Source: an uncultured Gammaproteobacteria bacterium (GTDB lineage: Bacteria > Patescibacteriota > Microgenomatia > Levybacterales > GWA1-39-11). Taken from it: 64,000 nucleotides of DNA. The stretch is from contig CAYRKM010000001.1 of NCBI GenBank assembly GCA_964425075.1, positions 705,793-769,792 of the forward strand. The letters run 5' to 3'. Under the pieces are notes generated by a model. The model made no database searches, was not told where the DNA came from, and saw only the letters and a program-made list of their open reading frames with translations. Made by a program: the position numbers and the translations under genes. The stretch's first letter is position 1, and each line of letters opens with the position of its first letter. Of this stretch, positions 59,040 to 64,000 are shown piece after piece.

Positions 59040-59933
59040 ATGAGTCATATAAATCCTTCAGAGATTGCGATTATTGGTATAGTTTATGAACCAAAATGGT
59101 ATGCAGGGAGGCTTAAAAGCATAAAGCATATAGAGAAAATACGAGGCGACCTTATTTTATATAGCCTTAGATATGCTTCCTCAGTTGGCTATAAAATATC
59201 AATTGTAGACGGTGGGAGCACTAAAACTTTTCAAAAAGAGATAAAAAAAATAAATGGTGTAAATATTGTATTTTCAAAAATCCACAAACGTTCTCCAAAT
59301 AGAAGACGAGCAGTTTTGGAAGGTTCAAAAATTCCTGGTGTAAAAGCAATAGTAATGACTGAGATTGAAAAGGTCACCTTTATTACAGATTGTATTGAAA
59401 AAAGCGTGAAGCCAGTACTTATGGACGAAGCAGATATTGTAGTTCCGAAAAGGGAGGACAAGTTGTTTAAGAAATCATATCCGTTGTATATGTATGAATC
59501 TGAAAGTGAGGGAAATTTACTTTATAATGAGGGGCTTCGGTCTGTGGGTCTTTTATCTCCCCATCAGGAAGATTTAGATGTGTTTTTTGGAACACGAGTT
59601 TTTAAAAATGATAAGAAAATGCTAAAACAGATATTTTCTCACTATGAGGCACATATGTTTGATTCTCTTATCGCACATAATTTATTTGATTTGGAAGAAT
59701 ATTCAAATGGACAATTTTTTCCTGTGGTAAAGGCGCTCGAGAAGGGATATAGGGTAATTTCAGTTACTGTTCCTTTTCAATATCCCGAAAAACAGAAGGA
59801 AAATGAGGATAATGGTGAGAGAGAGCAATTTATTTACAAAAGAAGATTTCAGAAGTTAACTATTGTAATTGAACTTATGCATTTCTTAGGACATATTAAT
59901 AGGAAGAAAACGAGAGCAATACATAAAGTTTAA
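59040..59933 (+). CDS. Uncharacterised GT-A-fold-like protein
   Basis: IVDGGS, VMTEIEK (at the DxD position), ADIVVPKR, DVFFGTRVF resemble the GT2/DPM1 layout. Confidence 0.55.
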   Translation: MSHINPSEIAIIGIVYEPKWYAGRLKSIKHIEKIRGDLILYSLRYASSVGYKISIVDGGSTKTFQKEIKKINGVNIVFSKIHKRSPNRRRAVLEGSKIPGVKAIVMTEIEKVTFITDCIEKSVKPVLMDEADIVVPKREDKLFKKSYPLYMYESESEGNLLYNEGLRSVGLLSPHQEDLDVFFGTRVFKNDKKMLKQIFSHYEAHMFDSLIAHNLFDLEEYSNGQFFPVVKALEKGYRVISVTVPFQYPEKQKENEDNGEREQFIYKRRFQKLTIVIELMHFLGHINRKKTRAIHKV

Positions 59934-59989
59934 CCATTGTGAGAAACATCATCGGTTAGATTGCCTAAATTTTAACTAAAAAACAGAAT

Positions 59990-60535
59990 ATGAGCAAAAT
60001 TATTGGTATCGATATCAGCCAACTCGCGTACGAAAACACTGGAGTTGCCAATTACTTAGAAAATTTAGTTATAAACCTTATTGAGCAAGATGAGAAAAAT
60101 GAATACGTATTGTTTTTCTCTTCACTAAGAGGAAAAGTTTCCAAAAAGATTGCTTTACTTTCTGCAAAGCAAAATGTGCGGATAAAAACATTTCGATTTC
60201 CACCTTATGCGCTTAATTTTTTATGGAATCAAGTTCACACACTTCCAATTGACACATTAATCGGAAAAGTGGATTTTTTTCTTACCTCAGACTGGACTGA
60301 GCCACCCTTAAGGTCAGGAATTAAAGCAACTATTTTATATGACTTAATTGTTTATAAATACCCTCAAGAGACTGCTGCAAAAATTGTTGACGTTCAAAAA
60401 AAGAAACTTAAATGGGTGAAGAAAGAAAGTAATTTTGTTTTTTGCATTTCAGAGGCTACAAAAAAGGATGCTGAGGATTTGCTTAAAATTGATCCCAAAA
60501 AACTTCATGTAATTTATCCCGGTTTAACTTTGTAA
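59990..60535 (+). CDS. GT4 N-terminal domain only (truncated or stand-alone half enzyme)
   Basis: IGIDISQ..TGVANY, YDL...KYP, ISEATKKD, VIYPG and then a stop; no EX7E C-terminal domain. Confidence 0.7.
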   Translation: MSKIIGIDISQLAYENTGVANYLENLVINLIEQDEKNEYVLFFSSLRGKVSKKIALLSAKQNVRIKTFRFPPYALNFLWNQVHTLPIDTLIGKVDFFLTSDWTEPPLRSGIKATILYDLIVYKYPQETAAKIVDVQKKKLKWVKKESNFVFCISEATKKDAEDLLKIDPKKLHVIYPGLTL

Positions 60536-60600
60536 AGATATGAACATATCATCAACTCATCCTTCGACAAGCTCAGGACGAGCCCCAAGATATGTTTTTT
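60535..60600 (+). repeat. REP-like palindromic element (CTTCGACAAGCTCAGG type)
   Basis: CTCATCCTTCGACAAGCTCAGGACGAG hairpin, outer stem AACATATC/GATATGTT, flanking AAGATATG direct repeats, then a T-run. Confidence 0.6.
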
Positions 60601-60616
60601 CAATTATAAATAGGAT

Positions 60617-61738
60617 ATGTCAAAAATCATAGCAATTGATGCAAATGAGGCAAATGTTGAAAGGCGTGTAGGAATATCGGAATACGCCTATCAAGTAATT
60701 AGTGAATTATATAAAATGCGTGAGGAGGGTAAGATTTCGCACAACTTTATAATTTACTTAAAGTCCACTCCCTTAACGTTTCTTCCAGAAGAAACTTCTT
60801 GGTGGAAATATAAAGTTGTAAAGCCGGCAAGACTATGGACACAAATAGGCTTGCCCTTGAATTTATTTTTATCTCCAAAAAAACCCGATGTTTTTTACAC
60901 AACAAGTCATTATGCACCTCGTTTTTCCCCAGTTCCAACAGTGGTTTCGGTAATGGATGTGTCTTATCTGAGATTTCCAGAGACTTTTAAGAAGAATGAT
61001 TTGTACCAATTAACAGAATGGACAAAGTATTCGGTTAATAAAGCAAAGGCAATAATTACCATAAGTGAAAGCTCCAAAAGTGATATAATAAAATTCTATA
61101 AAACACCAAAGGACAAGATAAAAGTTGTGCATTTGGGATTAAAAGATCTACCTAATTCTATGGCTTCATCAAAATCTCCCCAAGAATATGGAGTTGAAAA
61201 AAACTTCGTACTATTTGTTGGAACACTTCAACCAAGAAAAAATATTTCTCGACTTATTGAGGCTTTTTCTCTTCTGCCAAAGGAACTACAAGACAAAAAT
61301 GACCTTGTAATAATTGGTAAAAAAGGATGGCTATATGAGGAAATTCTTACAGCTCCAAAGAAATATGGAATTGAGGATAGGGTGAGGTTTTTAGATTTTG
61401 TAACTGACGAGGACTTGCCAGGATTTTATAAGAAGGCAGAAGTTTATGTGCTTCCAAGCCTTTATGAGGGTTTTGGATTGCCTGTTCTTGAAGCCATGAG
61501 ATATGGATGCCCAGTTATAACAAGTGATGTTTCAAGTCTTCCAGAAGCCGGAGGAGATGCCGCCTTGTATTTTAACCCAGAAAGCGCTAATGATATAAAA
61601 GATAAGATTGAAAAAGTTTTGACAGACAGGGAATTACGCGAGAAAATGATAGAGAAGGGACGAGTTCATTACAAAAAATTTACATGGGAAAAAGCGGCTA
61701 AAGAAGTATTGGAAGTAATTGAGTCAGCGGTAAAATAA
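60617..61738 (+). CDS. GT4 glycosyltransferase (MtfB-like)
   Basis: RVG..EY, MD.SY..FPE, FVGTLQPRKN, GKKGW.Y, PSLYEGFGLPVLEAM, SSLPEAGG motifs. Confidence 0.92.
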   Translation: MSKIIAIDANEANVERRVGISEYAYQVISELYKMREEGKISHNFIIYLKSTPLTFLPEETSWWKYKVVKPARLWTQIGLPLNLFLSPKKPDVFYTTSHYAPRFSPVPTVVSVMDVSYLRFPETFKKNDLYQLTEWTKYSVNKAKAIITISESSKSDIIKFYKTPKDKIKVVHLGLKDLPNSMASSKSPQEYGVEKNFVLFVGTLQPRKNISRLIEAFSLLPKELQDKNDLVIIGKKGWLYEEILTAPKKYGIEDRVRFLDFVTDEDLPGFYKKAEVYVLPSLYEGFGLPVLEAMRYGCPVITSDVSSLPEAGGDAALYFNPESANDIKDKIEKVLTDRELREKMIEKGRVHYKKFTWEKAAKEVLEVIESAVK

Positions 61739-61739
61739 T

Positions 61740-62342
61740 ATGCAAAAAATAAGAACCTTTCACTTCGCTCAAGAACCTTCCTTTTTGAGGCAAAAAGTAG
61801 AAAGAAGAATTGGGGCGATATTTAACGAGCTTATTTGCGCGAAATTAAGAACAGTTGGGTACATTCCTTTTCATCACATAAGGCGGTTTTTCTATAGAAT
61901 TTGCGGCATAAAAATTGGAAGAGGTTCAGCCGTTCATATGTTTGCGACATTTTATAAGCCAAACAATATCCGTATCGGAAAAGACACCATTATTGGTGAA
62001 TGGGCAGTTTTAGATGGAAGAGACACCCTTGTGATTGGAAATCATGTCGATATAGCTTCACAGGTTATGATTTATAATGCCGAACATGATATTCATTCGA
62101 CTGATTTTAGAAAAGCAAAGACAGGGAAAGTTGAAATAGGAGACTATGTATTTATTGGACCAAGGGCAATTATTTTGCCTGGCGTAACAATTGGAAGGGG
62201 AGCAGTCGTAGCTGCGGGAGCAGTTGTAACGAAAAACGTGGAAGCACTTACGATAGTTGGTGGCATACCTGCCAAGGAGATCGGAAAAAGAGAAGAGGAA
62301 AGCCTTAATTACACTTTGGGTCGCGCTGCATGGTTTAGGTAA
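61740..62342 (+). CDS. Hexapeptide-repeat (LbH) O-acyltransferase
   Basis: IP.H.IR.F.YR..G.KIG, LDGR, HD, V.IGDYVFIGPRAIILPGVTIG.GAVVAAGAVVTK.V....VGG.PA motifs. Confidence 0.9.
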   Translation: MQKIRTFHFAQEPSFLRQKVERRIGAIFNELICAKLRTVGYIPFHHIRRFFYRICGIKIGRGSAVHMFATFYKPNNIRIGKDTIIGEWAVLDGRDTLVIGNHVDIASQVMIYNAEHDIHSTDFRKAKTGKVEIGDYVFIGPRAIILPGVTIGRGAVVAAGAVVTKNVEALTIVGGIPAKEIGKREEESLNYTLGRAAWFR

Positions 62343-62346
62343 TTTT

Positions 62347-63261
62347 ATGCTTACATTCTCCTTCCTAATATTAACGTATAAGTCGTCAGGAGTTATATCT
62401 AAATTTATAAGTACATTCTTGGAGGAAATATTACCAAGCATTAGAAAAGGTGAAAGTGAGGTTATTTTTGTTGACAACATGTCTCCAGATGATACCTACA
62501 AGGAAACATTAAAGAGCCTTTCAAAGTACAAAGAATTAGTGACAGAAGATGGAAAATCATCAAAACCTATTAAAGTAATTCAGAATACAGAAAATGCAGG
62601 TTACGCTAAAGGAATTAATTTTGCCTCCACTTTTGCAAAAGGAGAAATTCTAATTATTGTAAATCCAGATGCTGAGCTTGTAAGTCAGGATTTTAGTAAA
62701 GTTAAGGATAAATTCGACGAGGAAAAAAAACTTGCAATTGCAGGATTAAGACTTGAAACATATGAGCGACAGACAGAGAAAACCGCAGGAAGATTTTTTA
62801 ACCCGCTAACACTTTTTCTTTATGCAATTGGGCTTGAGAATACTTTTTCTTTACGATTTACCCCCGCAAACGAGCAAAAGGTTGATTTTGTAAGTGGAGG
62901 TTTTACTGCAGTAAGACGTGAAATGTTTGAGAAGCTTAAGGGGTATGATATTGACTACTTCATGTATGTAGAAGATATGGATTTGTGTTATAGGGCAAGA
63001 AAAGCAGGATACGAAACGATGTATTTGCCCTATGCTACAATTAAACATCGAGGTCAAGGCAGTTCAAGTAAAGAGTTTGCTATTGTAAATATTTATAAAG
63101 GACTTCAAACTTTTTTTAGAAAACACTCAAGCATGGTTTTTCAATGGTATGTTGGGTGCTTGCTTGCTTTAAAAGCAGTATCTATAATTTTTATAGCCAC
63201 GCTTTTTGGTAAACAAGATGTTGCTAGCACTTATAAAAAGGCATTGCAAACAATTATATGA
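62347..63261 (+). CDS. GT2 glycosyltransferase (WbbL/rhamnosyltransferase-like)
   Basis: VDN.S.DDT, N.GYAKG.N, VNPD, VSGGF, GYD.DYFMYVEDMDLCYR, H..QGSS motifs; ATG at 62347 preferred. Confidence 0.88.
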   Translation: MLTFSFLILTYKSSGVISKFISTFLEEILPSIRKGESEVIFVDNMSPDDTYKETLKSLSKYKELVTEDGKSSKPIKVIQNTENAGYAKGINFASTFAKGEILIIVNPDAELVSQDFSKVKDKFDEEKKLAIAGLRLETYERQTEKTAGRFFNPLTLFLYAIGLENTFSLRFTPANEQKVDFVSGGFTAVRREMFEKLKGYDIDYFMYVEDMDLCYRARKAGYETMYLPYATIKHRGQGSSSKEFAIVNIYKGLQTFFRKHSSMVFQWYVGCLLALKAVSIIFIATLFGKQDVASTYKKALQTII

Positions 63262-64000
63262 ATCTATTTAAAAAAATAATTGATAATTCACTTCTTGGAA
63301 TAACACTGTTTTTCATTGCATTCATACCACTTTATCCAAAACTTCCATTGCTCGACATCAAGAATACTTGGGTTTATATAAGAGTAGAAGATTTTTTGGT
63401 TTTAGGCGTGCTTTTGATATGGACAGTGCTTTTTATAAGAAAAAAGGTAAGCCTAAAAACCCCACTCACACTTCCAATTCTTGCCTTTTGGCTAATAGGA
63501 GCAATTGCAACCATTCATGGGGTTTTAATTATTTTTCCTGAACTTGCAAATATTTTTCCGAATGTTGCTTTCTTGTCTTATGTTCGGCACATAGAATACA
63601 TGAGTCTTTTTTTTGTTGCGTATTCTGGAATGAGAGATAAAAACTCCATTCACCCAGTTATTTGGACCGTTGTTGTTACATTTGTTATTGTTTGTCTGTA
63701 TGGTTTGGGGCAAAAATATCTAGGATTTCCGGCCTTTCTTACAATGAATGAGGAATTTGCCAAGGGAGTTCCAATTCAGCTTTCCCAGCTTTCTCGCGTT
63801 CCTTCAACTTTTGCTGGACATTATGATTTTGCAGCATATCTTGTTCTTATAATCCCAATTATTGCAAGTCTCTTTTTTGCTTTTAAAAACGTATTTGCAA
63901 AACTTTTTTTTGTAGCGCTTGTTGGACTAGGGTGTGTTTTATTGTTTATGACAGTTTCAAGGGTTTCCTTCTTTGTGCTTTTTATTGCTCTTTTCTTTGT
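63258..64000 (+). CDS. O-antigen ligase/O-oligosaccharyltransferase-like (WaaL/Wzy_C) membrane protein, 5' part; runs off window
   Basis: Not in the ORF track because it has no stop in the window. ATG 63258 overlaps the upstream TGA. Reads MNLFKK...FIPLYPKLPL...YIRVEDF...RHIEY...YGLGQKYLG...RVPSTFAGHYDFAAYL...TVSRVSF, matching the ligase-like R..STF and T.SR motifs. Confidence 0.78.
   Translation, partial: MNLFKKIIDNSLLGITLFFIAFIPLYPKLPLLDIKNTWVYIRVEDFLVLGVLLIWTVLFIRKKVSLKTPLTLPILAFWLIGAIATIHGVLIIFPELANIFPNVAFLSYVRHIEYMSLFFVAYSGMRDKNSIHPVIWTVVVTFVIVCLYGLGQKYLGFPAFLTMNEEFAKGVPIQLSQLSRVPSTFAGHYDFAAYLVLIIPIIASLFFAFKNVFAKLFFVALVGLGCVLLFMTVSRVSFFVLFIALFF

Noticed and set aside
59961-59989. TTGCCT-17 nt-CAGAAT as the promoter of the half-GT4 gene
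   Set aside because: The -10 box abuts the ATG at 59990, so transcription would start inside the CDS, and the match is weak.
13493-62346. Longest-ORF starts at 13493, 26365, 28644, 36787, 50324, 50332 and 62257
   Set aside because: Downstream ATGs (13526, 26380, 28686, 36796, 50288, 50368, 62347) fit family N-termini, reduce overlaps or follow -10 elements.
1511-63713. Dozens of 60-140 aa ORFs antisense to or nested in the long genes (e.g. 28631..29053-, 38694..39092-, 56188..56598+, 62058..62480-)
   Set aside because: They are shadow ORFs fully overlapping well-supported CDSs and have no recognisable motifs.
1-64000. CRISPR array, tRNA/rRNA, transposase/integrase or prophage genes
   Set aside because: I saw no regularly spaced repeats, RNA-gene signatures or such protein motifs. 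Intergenic gaps are nearly all under about 120 bp.
1-64000. Alternative genetic code (TGA read-through as in Gracilibacteria/Absconditabacteria)
   Set aside because: Code 11 gives full-length genes, and TGA ends many of them in ATGA overlaps with the next start.

Overview
AT-rich, gene-dense bacterial DNA using genetic code 11 (TGA is used as a stop). The whole 64 kb is one continuous cell-surface glycosylation island that runs off both ends of the window. DUF5652- and DUF5667-like proteins and the gene-family mix suggest a Patescibacteria/CPR (Microgenomates-like) host, which is an inference. About 57 CDS are present: about 17 polytopic GT-C-like membrane glycosyltransferases (YfhO-like, 'PTPS-related', six tandem ArnT/PMT-like, MptA/B-like, two AftD/DUF3367-like, and an O-antigen-ligase-like gene at the right edge); many soluble GT2 and GT4 enzymes, including three DPM1-like polyprenol-phosphate sugar synthases; a Wzx flippase; nucleotide-sugar enzymes (galE, rfbF, rfbG, GDP-mannose 3,5-epimerase, a nucleotide-sugar dehydrogenase and two His-type PLP 3-dehydrases); four methyltransferases, two hexapeptide acyltransferases and an SGNH protein. 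Notable points are an internally duplicated cassette (GT2 + atypical GT4 + AftD-like GT-C + small membrane partner + 3-dehydrase + methyltransferase), an E1/RfbH-like dehydrase without the Fe-S cysteines and with no E3 reductase nearby, a DUF5667-like domain fused inside a GT-C, leaderless-type -10 promoters at most operon heads, and REP-like elements. I saw no rRNA, tRNA, CRISPR array or transposase. All family calls come from motif recognition by eye, not database searches.
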